From Mustelus asterias (lineage: Eukaryota), in contig NW_027590136.1 of the NCBI RefSeq assembly GCF_964213995.1, positions 496,001 to 560,000 of the forward strand: a DNA stretch of 64,000 bases, given 5' to 3'. The translations under genes were made by a program, and so were the position numbers. Shown here piece after piece: positions 36,850 to 49,310 of this stretch (the stretch's first letter is position 1; each line of letters starts with the position of its first letter). Below the pieces are notes generated by a model. That model ran no database searches, was not told the DNA's origin, and was given only the letters and a program-made list of their open reading frames with translations.

Positions 36850-37640
36850 GTCAAAACAAATAAACAAACTCAAGTTAAATCAGGACAAAGTAAAAGGGGC
36901 AGCTCCCCAAAAGGAGGGGGAACAGCCCGAACAGAAATCAAAGTACAAAGGAAACTTAAAAACATCAAATTAAAATGTGATTATTAGGGTCGATAATTCA
37001 CCCCAACCCCTGCGGTGCCCAGCGGGCGCGGAAAGCGTCAACTGCGCCCGTGGACACCGCATGCTCCCTCTCCAGGGACACCCGGCCGCGAACGTAGCCG
37101 CGGTAGAGGGGCAGACAGTCAGGATGGGCGGCCCCCTCGATCGCCCGCTGCCTGGACCAGTAAATGGCGCGTTTCGCCAGGCCCAGGAGCAGGTTCACGA
37201 GGAGGTCGCCATCCCGACCCCAACAAAAAGAGAGTGCAACCTAAGACACAAAACATAGACATGGTCCACGGACTTCACAAGGCCACAGAAGGGGCAAGCT
37301 TCATAGCCCGTGAACCAGTGAATCCTACGGTTGTGCGGAACTGCTGCATGCATCACCCTTCACCCCACGTCCCCGATGTAATTGGGGCAATCCCTCCATA
37401 GAGGGACCTCTACGGAAACAAGGCCCGCCAAGGTGTATCTGCGCGACAGGCGAGGAGGCGGCAGTGGAAGGTGTGCAGCAGCAGCCCGCACAGGAAACGC
37501 CTCCGCGCGGTAGAAAAAGACACAGAGGTGGAGAGAATGTTTATCCTCCTACCCTGACCTTGACCCGGGAGCCGTAAAGGTTGGTGAGAGTCGTAGCGGA
37601 CATGCCAAATTTCCTTAGTCTTCTGGGAAAGTTGGTGGGG
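36850..37640 (-). mobile_element. Tx1-clade (L1-like) LINE 3' fragment
   Basis: Cys/His motif CPFCG..KSVDHVY..C and LLLGLAKRAIY.SR...AFRARW typical of a Tx1 ORF2 C-terminus; T-rich 3' UTR. Confidence 0.7.
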
Positions 37641-37646
37641 CTTACT

Positions 37647-38050
37647 TATCTACAGTGTAATTTTTCGTTAGAGAGAAGAAGGTTAAGAGGTGACTTAATA
37701 GAGGCGTACAAGATGATCAGAGGATTAGATAGGGTGGACAGTGAGAGCCTTTTTCCTCGGATGGTGATAGCTAGCACGAGGGGACATAGCTTTAAATTGA
37801 GGGGTGATAGATATAGGACAGATGTCAGAGGTAGGTTCTTCACTCAGAGAGTAGTAAGGGCGTGGAATGCCCTGCCTACAGCAGTAGTGGACTCACCAAC
37901 ATTAAGGGCATTTAAATGGTCATTGGGGATAAACATATGGATGGTATTGGAATAGTGTAGATGAGAGGGGCTTTGGATTGGTTTCACAGGTCGGCGCAAC
38001 ATTGAGGGCTGAAGGGCCTGTACTGCGCTGTAATGTTCTATGTTCTATGC
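37647..38050 (+). mobile_element. CR1-like LINE 3' end
   Basis: FSLERRRLRGDLIEAYK...FFTQRVVRAWNALP; (TGTTCTA)n tail. Confidence 0.85.
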
Positions 38051-38239
38051 TGTCAGATCTGCAGAGATTTTCCAGCATTTTCTGTTTTTATTTCCCTTTC
38101 TTTTTCCTTCTCTGTCACCGCTCTGTCTCATCAATAAGACATTGGGACTCAGAGGGTTGATGCAGTTTGATGGACAAGTTGTCTCCATTCTGAACACTGG
38201 GGAACAAGCGCCTCCCACTCATTGACAACATTGCCCTCT

Positions 38240-38625
38240 ACAAACATGGCGGCCGCACGTGCGCACTGCTGCATATTGCCCCCAATAAAGATGGCGAACG
38301 TTAACCCGGGACGAACACGAGGAGCTGCAGCCCCGCTCGGTACAAACTGGGTCCGGGAAGCTCTCTTCCGCGGTTTGCGGCTTACACAACATGCTTACGT
38401 AGCGTTTCCACCCAGCTGGGCGATCCATTGCTCTCTCCGTACCGCCAATCACCTCGAACAGATTTCCGAGCCCAAAACAAAAAGCCGTTTTCCATCGCCA
38501 TTACTCACACTGCGCATGCTCGAGTTAAAGTTGGCCCCGCCCCTCGTTCGCTCCTATTGGTTGCACTGCCCCCTCTTCCCATTGGCCCGCGTTGCCGTCA
38601 ATCAGCCGGGCATTGTGACGGTGAC
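38240..38625. promoter_or_regulatory. CpG promoter module
   Basis: AACATGGCGGC and AAGATGGCG (YY1), CTGCGCATGC, GC box, ATTGG boxes, CCGTCAATCA as in the other modules. Confidence 0.6.
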
Positions 38626-38661
38626 TTGCTGCTTGTCCAATAATCACAGTGACAGAATCTC

Positions 38662-39018
38662 AGTGTAACAATGACACACACAGGCTCCAATACAATCAGA
38701 GTGGGGATGGAGCACAGAGACAACACAGCAAAGCACTGACTTACTCTGAGTGTAACATTGACACACACAGGCTCCAATACAATCAGAGTGGGGATGGAGC
38801 ACAGAGACAACACAGCAAAGCACTGACTTACTCTGAGTGTAACAATGACACACACAGGCTCCAATACAATCAGAGTGGGGATGGAGCACGGAGACAACAC
38901 AGCAAAGCACTGACTTACTCTGAGTGTAACAATGACACACACAGGCTCCAATACAATCAGAGTGGGGATGGAGCACAGAGACAACACAGCAAAGCACTGA
39001 CTTACTCTGAGTGCAACA
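38662..39018. repeat. 87-bp tandem repeat x4
   Basis: Units start at 38662, 38749, 38836, 38923, 39010. Confidence 0.95.
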
Positions 39019-39266
39019 AATACAATGTTTGTTCAAATAATAAGAGTCACGTTGCAGTATGTTAGCGAACACAGCATTAGATCCAATGTAATGGTAATAC
39101 AGTCAGTATCTAGTGCACCATAACCAAAGTTTAGGTTTCATTTGATAGTGTGAGTGAGTCATGGTCTATTGATATAATGTATTTAGATTCCGGTGTGTGT
39201 TACTCTGCCACTGTCAGTATCAAACAATAACCTGTCTGTTATTCCAATTCTGCTGTATTTTACAAC

Positions 39267-39480
39267 GTCGATGGTTGTCATGATGTGGAGATGCTGGCGT
39301 TGGACTGGGGTGAACACAATAAGAGTTTTAACAACACCAGGTTAAAGTCCAACAGGTTTATTTGGTAGCAAATACCATTAGCTTTCGGAGCGCTGACGAA
39401 GGAGCAGCACTCCGAAAGATAATGGTATTTGCTACCAAATAAACCTGTTGGACTTTAACCTGGTGTTGTTAAAACTCTTA
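39267..39480. mobile_element. Penelope-like inverted terminus (~75-bp arm palindrome) with TSD
   Basis: TAAGAGTTTTAACAACACCAGG...CCTGGTGTTGTTAAAACTCTTA; CTGTATTTTACAAC at 39253 and 39481. Confidence 0.75.
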
Positions 39481-39727
39481 CTGTATTTTACAACTGCAGC
39501 TCCTGGGGCTGATTGGAGTCTGGTATAATAATCACAAAGGTCGGTTTCAGTGTCTCTGAGGTCATTTTAACTGCAGGTAATCTGACATTAAGGGAGACAA
39601 GAGGCCCAACAAACATTTGATTATAATAGGAGGACAAAGTGTAAGGGAACAATGATATTTTAAGGTGTCTGTGTTATGGTGAGTGTTACTGGGAGGTGAG
39701 TGATAAAATACAAGTGGAAACATCACG

Positions 39728-40360
39728 ACCATAAGACCATAAGACATAGGAGCGGAAGTAAGGCCATTCGGCCCATCGAGTCCACTCCACCATTCAATCA
39801 TGGTTGATTTCAACTCCATTTACCCGCTCTCTCCCCATAGCCCTTTATTCCTCGAGAAATCAAGAATTTATCAATTTCTGTCTTGAAGACGCTCAACGTC
39901 TCGGCCTCCACAGCCCTCTGTGGCAATGAATTCCACAGACCCACCACTCTCTGGCTGAAGAAATTTCTCCTCATCTCTGTTCTAAAGTGACTCCCTTTTA
40001 TTCTAAGGCTGTGCCCCCGCGTCCTAGTCTCCCCTGTTAATGGAAACAACTTCCCTACGTCCATCCTATCTAAGCCGTTCATTATCTTGTAAGTTTCTAT
40101 CAGATCTCCCCTCAACCTCCTAAACTCCAATGAATATAATCCCACGATCCTCAGACGTTCATCGTATGTCAGGCCTACCATTCCTGGGATCATCCGTGTG
40201 AATCTCCGCTGGACCCGCTCCAGTGCCAGTATGTCCTTCCTGAGGTGTGGGGCCCAAAATTGCTCACAGTACTCCAAATGGGGCCTAACCAGTGCTTTAT
40301 AAAGCCTCAGAAGTACATCCCTGCTTTTGTATTCCAAGCCTCTTGAGATAAATGACAACA
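39728..40360 (-). mobile_element. CR1-like LINE 3' end, frame intact
   Basis: ORF 39810..40367 LYKALVRPHLEYC...FFSQRVVGLWNSLP; (TCTTATGG)n tail. Confidence 0.9.
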
Positions 40361-41430
40361 GATACATGTGACGACAGATACATGTGACTGATTCGGCCTG
40401 ACTGAGAGCTGTTATACTCGAGGCGAGAATAATGAGGACATGGGGAACTCCAGGGATTTCTGATATCTGAGGTGTATCTGTTCGAGGAACTGAAAATAAT
40501 CAGTTCCTCCTCATGGTTATCTCCAGTTCTCAAGTTACACAGACACACAGGAAAGAGATCTGACAGCTCATCAAACACAATATTTTAATCTTCTGTTTGA
40601 GACACATTATAATCGAAAAGATCAAATATTAAAACCTGAGGAGAGAAACATTCAGAATGTCACAAAGATGAGTGAACTGTCCAATTAATCCCATTCTCCA
40701 TAACTCTGCCAATTTACCTTCTGCAAGTATTTATCCAATTCCCTTTGAAAGTTACTAGTAAACCTGTTTCTAGCACCTGTCAGTTTGTGCATTCCAGATC
40801 ATATGAAGTTATTGTGTAAAACATTCTCCTTATCACCCCCTCCAATTCTGTTGTCAATTAAATTAAATCTCTGTATCCTCTGCTTACAGACCTTCCTGCA
40901 CCAAGGAAATCGATTCTCTCCATCGACAGACCCTCCTGCTCCTGGGAGATAATTTCTCTCCATTGATACTATCATTAATCATTTGTCATTTTAAACACCT
41001 CTATTAAATCTCCCCATCACATTCCCTGATCTAAGATGGATAACCCATGTTTTTCCTGCCCTGAAGAATTATATGGACTCAAAATGTTAACTCTCTGAAC
41101 AGATGCCGCCGGACCTGCCGGGTTTTTCTGCTTTTCTCCCTGTTTATCCCTCTATAATCAATCAGAAACTCTTCATGATTTTGAACATCTTGATCAAATA
41201 GGAACACACAGAGCCTGAGAGAGGTACAGAGGGAGAGACAGAAAGACTGAGAGAAAAATTGAGAAAGATTTTAAAAAGCAGGAAGATGAGGCGGTCAAAG
41301 ATAAAAGCTGAGAAACAGAGGAAACAAGCAATACAGAGAGAATGATATAGAATATAAGGGAGCAGGCTATCAGTTCCCAGCTATGGGGAGCAGAGTCGGC
41401 ATCTCCACGTCAGAGCAGAGGGAACTCAGT

Positions 41431-41772
41431 GGGCGGCACAGTAGCACAGTGGTTAGCACTGCTGCTTCACAGCTCCAGGGACCTGGGTTCAATTCCGGCT
41501 CGGGTCACTGTCTGTGTGGAGTTTGCACATTCTCCTCGTGTCTGCGTGGGTTTCCTCCGGGTGCTCCAGTTTCCTCCCACAGTCCAAAGATGTGTGGGTT
41601 AGGCTGATTGGCCATGCTAAATTTGCCCCTTAGTTTTCTGAGATGTGTAGGTTAGAGGGATTAGCGGGTAAAAATATGGAGGGATATGGGGGTAGGGCCT
41701 GGGTGGGATTGTGGTCGGTACAGACTCGATGGGCCAAATGGCCTCTTTCTGCACTGTAGGGTTTCTATGATT
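41431..41772 (+). mobile_element. HE1-like V-SINE, full length
   Basis: Head, V-domain, tail. Confidence 0.85.
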
Positions 41773-42289
41773 CAGTAACTGATCCACAGACACAGCTGGT
41801 TATATCTGCAAATGGAAACTCTGAACAGAAATAACAGGCTCATTTGTAAATGTCACCACAATGTGACCTGTGTGACTCTGCCCTGACTCTGTGGACAGAT
41901 ATCGGCCGCATTGACAGATGTTCTCACCAGATTGTTGTCCCTGGATTTATTTTCTGCTTAGAACTGAGATGTGAGGTTTGGAACCGGCAGCAGAGAAACA
42001 GGAAGTTGTGTTACCTGAGAGTGAAACAGCCGGTGTCAGTTTGATGTTATCACCATGAACAGTCTTCCTGTCTGTGAGGGTGAACTCACTCTGACAGCAT
42101 CAAGAACAACCACACAGATTGCTGCCGGTCTCAGCATTACATTCAGCTCCATTCCCATTTTAAACAATAAAGAAAGGAGATTATTATGGATTTTTAACAC
42201 ATTCACTGAATTGGGAGATGGACTGAGGGTCATCAGTGGGAGAAATGAGGAGGAATTAGAGAACAAATGAGTTTTCCCAAAGAGGGTTA

Positions 42290-42745
42290 TTAGAAAAGAG
42301 GAGATTTAAAGTGAGTCAGGGCCTGTCAGAGGCAGTGGGAGAGAGAAACAGAGAGGATTGAATCTCCATCAATTAGATGTTTTCTCAGGCAGCGAAGAGA
42401 GATGAAGTGTGTTTGTGCTTTTTCAGAGAGAGGTAATGAGAGAGAGAAAACAATGAACAAGTATAAGCAGATCTGAAATAGGAAGGTTAAATGAGTGAGT
42501 GTTTGAAAGAAAGATAGAGAGACATTAAGTGACGAAGACAGTTTCTGAGAGGAGAGAGGTTAAGTGAAAATGAGAGAGGAGCGAGGTTAGAGTGTAAGAG
42601 AGGTGGAAGGTGAGGTAAGTGTGAGTGAATGCCTGGAGAGAGAGAGAGACGTTCAGTGAGTGTGAGAGAGATGAGAGATGTTGAGTGATTGAGTTTCTGA
42701 GAGAGAGGAGATGTTAAGTGAGTGAATGTCTGAAAGAGAGGAGAG
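42290..42745. repeat. GA-rich low-complexity tract
   Basis: Degenerate GAGAGAGG..GTTAAGTGA units. Confidence 0.6.
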
Positions 42746-43657
42746 CAGGTTCACACCCAGGGGTCACTGAGGATGATCAAAATAAGGAGATCACCCAGAA
42801 AACTACCAACAGGAAACTTCAGCTGAACACATCACTCATTCTTAAATGGTCAGTCAGGGCTCTGATGCTGCTCAGCTTCTCTCTGTTCTGTTTATAATGG
42901 TTAAAGGCTGATAGGAGTGAGGTTTATTTAGAAGGATAGTGTATGGGAAGCACACAACAAAACTGAGAATTCTTGGACACACACTGCAGCTCCTTCTCTA
43001 TCTGGGAATCAAATTGTTGTCTCATTGTCCCAGCAGTTAACAGGCTCCTTTGAACTTCTCCAGCTGCTACTTTAATGCAGACTTCAACCAATTTATTTGA
43101 AGCCAGTTTCTGTTCAATAAACCAGGACTGACACACACACACATTAAAATGTTTTACACTTTTTTTCATTTTTAGTCTGGAAACCTAAACCTGCCGTTTC
43201 ACTCTCAGTCAGGAATAGATCCCAGTTTTACACCAATCTTTGACAGCATGTTTCCAGCATTCACCGTTGTTCTTCCTGACTCTAAACACAGTTGTAAAGG
43301 AGCTTCTTTTCCGTGTCTAGGAGCTCGGAACCATGGAAAAGAGCGACTGGGACACATTTTTTTCACACCTCAGGATTCACCCACACGGGGACTTTGCTGT
43401 CAGTGGAAAGTGATGAAAAAGACCAAAGTGCTGTTTGTCCCTCTCGGCGAGACCCTGAAGGACTGGGTCAAGAATGAAGTTCTGTTGCTACTGTATGATC
43501 CTCCCTCAGATTGCCCTTTCTGAGCTCCAGCCTGGTGACGTTAAACACTCAAATGGAAAAGACAAAAATCTACAACAATGATTCAATCAAATGTCTATTT
43601 CACATTTATTCAGAATATCAAACCTCAACAGAAGAAAAAAGTCAGAGTGAACATGAT

Positions 43658-44982
43658 TCAGACCTGGATATGATTAACAGCATCGATAAGTGTAGAATCC
43701 AAACCTTGCAGTCCCTTGTGAACTCGCCGGTGTGTTAGCAGGTGGGATGACTGAATAAATCCCTTTCCACAGACATTACAGGTGAACGGCCTCTCCCCAG
43801 TGTGAACTCGCTGGTGTTTCAGAAGATAAGATAAATGAGAAAATCCCTTCCCACAAACAGAGCAGGTAAATGGCCTCTCCCCACTGTGAACTCTCTGATG
43901 TGTCAGCACGTTGGATGACTGACTGAATCCCTTCCCACACGTGGAGCAGGTGAACGGCCTTTCCCCAGTGTGAACTCGCTGGTGATTCAATAAGTTGGAT
44001 GAACGAGTGAATCCCTTCCCACAAACGGAGCAAGTGAATGGCCTTTCCTCACTGTGAACCTGCTGGTGTGTCAGAAGGTTGTATGAACGGGTGAATCCCT
44101 TCCCACACACGGAGCAAGTGAATGGCCTCTCCTCACTGTGAACCTGCTGGTGTGTCAGAAGGTTGTATGAATGGGTGAATCCCTTCCCACATTCAGAGCA
44201 GGTGAACGGTCGATCCCCTGTATGGAACTGCTGGTGTATCAGAAGGTTGGATGAATTAATAAATCCCTTCCCACAGTCTGAGCAGGTCATAGAAATCATA
44301 GAAACCCTACAGTGCAGAAGGAGGCCATTCGGCCCATCGAGTCTGCACCGACCACAATCCCACCCAGGCCCTACCCCCACAAGGGCCTCTCCCCAGTGTG
44401 AATTCTCTGGTGGTTCAGTAGGGCAGATGGGCAGCTGAATCCCTTCCCACACACACAGCAGGTGAATGGCCTCTCCCCAGTGTGAGTATATTGGTGCGTC
44501 AGCAGATCCTTTTTGTTTTTAAAGCTCTTCGCACAGTCAGAACAATTAAAAAGTTTGTTATCAGAGTGAACAAGTTGATGTGTCTGCAAGTGGGATGACT
44601 GAATGAATCCTTTCCCACACACAGAGCAGGTGAACGGTCTCTCCCCAGTGTGAATTCGTTGGTGTGTCAGCAGATCTTTTTTGCATTTAAAACTCTTCTC
44701 ACAGTCAGAACATGTAAACAGTTTCTCATCAGTGTGAACAAGTTGGTGTGTCACAATGTGGGATGAGCGAGTGAATCCCTTCCCACACACAGGGCAGGTG
44801 AACGGCCTCTCCCCAGTGTGAACCCGTTGGTGAGTCAGAAGATTGTATGAATGGGTGAATCCCTTCCCACAGACGGAGCAGGTGAACGGTCTCTCCCCAG
44901 TGTGACTGCGCCGATGAACTTCCAATTGTGATGGGAAACCGAATCCCTTCCCACAATCCACACATTCCCACGGTTTCTCCAT
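43658..44982 (-). pseudogene. 14-finger C2H2 ZNF split 7+7 by a SINE/LINE-tail insertion
   Basis: ATG at 44982; 93-bp insert 44288-44380 introduces TAG at 44371; 7 further fingers follow, stop at 43658. Confidence 0.85.
44288..44380 (-). mobile_element. 5'-truncated HE1/HER1 tail inserted in ZNF coding sequence
   Basis: Essentially identical to the tail of the young SINE copies at 26330-26418 and 56395-56478. Confidence 0.9.
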
Positions 44983-45541
44983 GGTGCTGGTGTCCTTGTG
45001 CTTCTCCAAGTTGGATGATCAGTTAAAGCCTGGTCCACACACACAACATACAGATAGTTTCACCCTGCTGTGAAAAGTGTTATGTTTCTTCAGGCTGTGT
45101 AACTGTTTAAAGATCTTTCCACAGTCAGTTCGCTGGAACACTCTCACTCGGGTGTGGGTTTGTCCCGATACTTTTCCGGTCACACTGATGTTAAATTTCT
45201 TTGCCCACAGGCAGAACAGACAAATATTTCTCCTTCCACATTCAAAGGCCGATGATATTCAGCTCCTAAGGAACTGAATAACTTTGTCAGATGTGATGTC
45301 CGGTTTGAGTTTTCCGACTGCCGTTCCTTCACTTCGAATATCCTGTAAAAAAGTTTAGAAAAGTCATCACTGTCAGAACTGGATAAAAATTCTGAACAAT
45401 TCCAGTTTCTCTGGAACATTTTTTCCTCTCTTGTTCCCCCAAATCTGTAAATCCCCGTCCCACACACTCTCCCTCCTCCCTGGGCTGAAATCCAAACCCA
45501 TCTCCACCATTTCTTTCCTCTCCTCTGTCTGGGTTCAGTTC

Positions 45542-45741
45542 ATGATGTGGTTTTAAGACTTGATGAGCTGTAAGTATTCGCATTCCAACCATTATTCTGT
45601 AAATTGAGTTTGTGTCTTTATATGCCCTGTTTGTGAACAGAATTCCCACTCACCTGATGAAGGAGCAGCGCTCCGAAAGCTTGTGGCTTTTGCGACCAAA
45701 TAAACCTGTTGTACTTTAACCTGGTGTTGTTAAACTTCTTA
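45542..45741 (+). mobile_element. Penelope-like terminal fragment with TSD
   Basis: CTGGGTTCAGTTC at 45529 and 45742; shares AAATAAACCTGTTG.ACTTTAACCTGGTGTTGTTAAA with 39267-39480. Confidence 0.75.
45651..45685 (+). ncRNA. Minimal type I hammerhead ribozyme motif
   Basis: CAC-CUGAUGA-A-GGAGC/AGC/GCUCC-GAAA-GC-UU-GUG: full catalytic core, stem II, palindromic AGCU stem III, stem I CAC/GUG. Confidence 0.7.
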
Positions 45742-45794
45742 CTGGGTTCAGTTCTCCAGCTCCTGTCTGCAGACTGACAATAAAACCAATGGGT

Positions 45795-46300
45795 CTTATT
45801 GGGGGTGTTGGGGCCTCCAGCGGGTGTTTGAGAATCCTCCCCGCCCACCTCCCAGGGTTTCCTTCCTTCCCAGAGATCAGAGTCCTCATTGATTTGAGGC
45901 CAAAGTGTAACCTCTTATTTATTGTCCCCCTCCCCCATCCTCTGATGTGAACCATCCTCCAGTGGCTGAGCCAGGATGGGGCCGTTAACCTGGGCCTGTT
46001 CCCGGGAGGGAGGGAGGGAGAAGCCCCGCAGCTGCAAACCAGGGAGCTGACAATGATTCTGAAGGGTTTGCGGATCCACAAAGTGTTTCCAAATCCTCCC
46101 AGCCACCGCCTAACGCTGACTCCGCTTCTCCGGGACAAACAAGCGCCAAGGACAGCAATGACACTGCGCATGCTCCACATCACAATGCCCGGGCACTGAT
46201 TGACGGCAGCTCCGGACCAATAGGAAGAGGGGGCGGGGCTGGAGGACCGAGCGGGAGCGGCTGGTCCTCCAACCAATCAGAGTGAATGAGAGGCGGGGCT
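45795..46300. promoter_or_regulatory. Promoter/first-exon module of the 44982 ZNF gene; direct duplicate of 2160-2310 + 3204-3560
   Basis: Near-identical sequence; CCAAT, GC box and NRF1-like motifs. Confidence 0.7.
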
Positions 46301-47394
46301 GAGCCCGGATCTCCCTCATTGGCTGAAACTCTGCATCATTGTGAAAGCTGCTTTGTGTCAAACTCCAGGAGAAAACTGGACCTTTCTGTTTGTGGCTTCA
46401 AACAGATGAGCGGAAAGGAAGGGATCTGGAAAGCAGCAGACACCAGGTTATTCTGGGAGAAATAGGACCTCTGCAATGTCAAGTTTTACACAGCACACGG
46501 GCAGCCTGTGGTTTCACCCTGGATGGAGAATCTCCGAATTGCATCATTCAAATCACTCCATGGAATTCTCAGGAACCACATTGTTTGTTTGGAGAGGAAG
46601 GCTTGTAGTACAGTTAATGAAAAGCAGCACACAGCTAAACACAGAGGCCCACACACTCTCTCCCGCAGTCACACACAAACGGACATCTTCTCAACGCACA
46701 GAAACCCACGTATATCAACAGGTACATGCACAGAGGATATACGCAGATTTACTCCATGATACACACATGGATACACTTACTCACACACAAATATACACAC
46801 GGGACACTTACTGTCCTTTGGGGCGGACAACGCTCACCCACCTGTCTAATATTCGGGATAAAGCCACAAAGTTCAAGAAATTTCGGGAAAAATGACCCTC
46901 CAAGGACAACGAGCAGTCTTGACCATCCAATATTCGACCTTCTTCTCTGAAACAGAATCTTACATTCAGCACAGAAACAACAACAAACACTAACATTAAA
47001 CATTCCGTTCCCACCCTATGTTATCAGGCCCATTTGGAGATAGTAGACAATGCAGAATATCTCAGGATAATTGCAGCCACTAATTTTCCTTTTGTAATTA
47101 CAGAAATGCTCATCCTCTCATATTGATCATCTAGTTGTTGAAGGAAATATTGATCGTCTCGTTATTGAAGGAAATTCTAAGACAGGTTAGAAGGAGAAAA
47201 AAAATCTAATGTTATTGTAACTCTGCAGTCCAATATTCCCTTGGCCCTAATCCTTGCTGCTCTAATCTGATAGGATTAGATGTATTGCACAATACCTAGC
47301 AGGTGCCATTGACATTGTACATCTTCGTTATCAATAATACTCCTAACTTAGTATCATCCACAAACTTACTAACCATGCATTGTACATTCACATC

Positions 47395-47680
47395 CAAATT
47401 TGTTTTGATTTGATTGGATTTATTATTGTCAAATATATACAGTGAAAAGTATTGTTTCTTGCGTGCTATACAGACAAAGCATAACATTCATGGAGAAGGA
47501 AAGGAGAGAGTGCAGAATGTAGTGTTACAGTCATAGCTAGGGTGTAGAGAAAGATCAACTTAGTGCGACGTAAGTCCATTCAAAAATCTGATGGCAGCAG
47601 AGAAGAAGATGTTCTTGAGTTGGTTGGTATGTGACTTCAAGATTTTATATCTTTTTCCCGACAGAAGAAGGTGGAAGGTG
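47395..47680 (-). mobile_element. Rex1-like LINE 3' end (second copy at ~50335-50690)
   Basis: Two similar copies ending in ACAATAATAAATC(AAATC)n on the minus strand. Confidence 0.55.
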
Positions 47681-47699
47681 GACATTGACCTACACAAGA

Positions 47700-48620
47700 A
47701 AGCCAGATACAATCGAAAGATGCCAAAAGACAATACCAGACCAAGCTAGAGTCCCAGGCAAGCCACACCGACCCCAATTATGGCAAGGTCTGCAAGACAT
47801 AACAGGCTACAAGATGAAGGCATATAAAATTGCCAGCTCCAACGCACCCCTCCCTGATGAGCTCAATGCATTCTACGCCCGTTTTGAGAAAGTGGTCAGC
47901 AAGAGCATGCCCTCCACCCTGGAAGCCCTGGATGAACCTGTATCTGGGGTCACCACTTCAGATGTCAGAGCAGCTTTGTTGAAGGTCAACCCACGGAAAG
48001 CAACTGACCCAGATGGGGTACCTGGAAATGCACTCAGATCCTGCGCGGATTAGCTGGCAGAGGTATTCACAGACATCTTCAACCTCTCTTTACAAGAATC
48101 TGAGGTCCCTATCTGCTTCAAGAAGATGACCATCATCCCGGTACCTAAGAAAAATCAAGCAGCATGCCTTAATGACTATCGGCGGTGGCTCTGACATCCA
48201 TCATTATGAAGTGCTTCGAAAGGTTAGTCATGGCACAAGTCAATTCCAGCCTCCCGGACTACCTGGATCCACTACAGTTTGCCTACCACTGCAACAGGTC
48301 CACAGCAGACGCCATTTCCCTGGCCCTGCACTCAACCCTGGAACACCTAGATAACAAGGACACCTATGTCAGGCTCCTATTTATTGACTACAGCTCAGCT
48401 TTCAACACTATTATTCCCAAGAAACTCCTCTCCAAACTCCATGGCCTGGGCCTTGGCACCTCCTTCTCTGACTGGATCCTGAACTTCCTAATTCATAGAC
48501 CACAATCAGCAAGGATAGGCAACAACACCTACTCCATGATCATCCTCAACATTAGTGCCCCACAAGGCTGTGTTCTCAGCCCCCTACTATACTCCTGATA
48601 CACCTATGACTGTGCGGAAA
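47700..48620 (+). mobile_element. Rex1/Babar-type LINE RT fragment
   Basis: [66 protein letters not shown]; stops and frameshift. Confidence 0.85.
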
Positions 48621-48679
48621 AATTTGACACATGACAGGTAGACATCAACACGCATGCTATAATTGACCTCAGAATCCTC

Positions 48680-48983
48680 GGGTGGCACAGTGGTTAGCAC
48701 GGCTGCCTCAGCGCCAGGGACCTGGATTCAATTCCCAGCTTGGGTAACTGTCTATGTGTCATTTGCACATTCTCTCCGTGTGGGTTTCCTCTGGGCGCTC
48801 CGGTTTCCTCCCACACTACAAAGATGTGCGGGTTAGGTGGATTGGCCATGCTAAATTGCCCCTTAGTATCAGGGGACTACTAGGGTAAATGCATGGGGTT
48901 ATGGGGATAGGACCTAGGTGGGAATGTGGTCAGTGAAGACTCGATGGGCCGAATGGCCTCCTTCTGTACGTAGGATTCTATGA
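48680..48983 (+). mobile_element. HE1-like V-SINE
   Basis: Head, V-domain, tail. Confidence 0.8.
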
Positions 48984-49310
48984 TTAAGACAAAAAGAAAT
49001 AAGAACAGGAGAAGGCAGATCGGCCCCTCAGGCCTGCTCCAGCATTCAATAGGATCATGGCTGACCCAACATTCCTCACATCCACTTTCCTGCCCTTTCC
49101 CCATAACCCCTGATTCCCTTATTGATCAAAAATCTAACTCAGCCTTAAATATACCACAAGGATTTTGCTCCCATAGCTCTCTCTGGCAAGGAATTCCAAA
49201 GACTCACAACGCCCTGAGAGAAGAAATTCCTCTTCATCTCAGACTTGAATTGGCTTCAGGAGGTTAAAATCCTGTTTTGTTTCCCCTGCTGATTTATCTC
49301 CAGTGACCAG

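Noticed and set aside
38598-39072. Three overlapping 129-142 aa ORFs
   Set aside because: Artefact of an 87-bp (29-codon) tandem repeat
40360-43560. Possible non-ZNF gene fragments (exon-like piece ~40380-40635, hydrophobic MLRPAAICVVVL at ~42130, ORF 43248-43523)
   Set aside because: No consistent frame or recognisable family; cannot be supported without a BLASTX search
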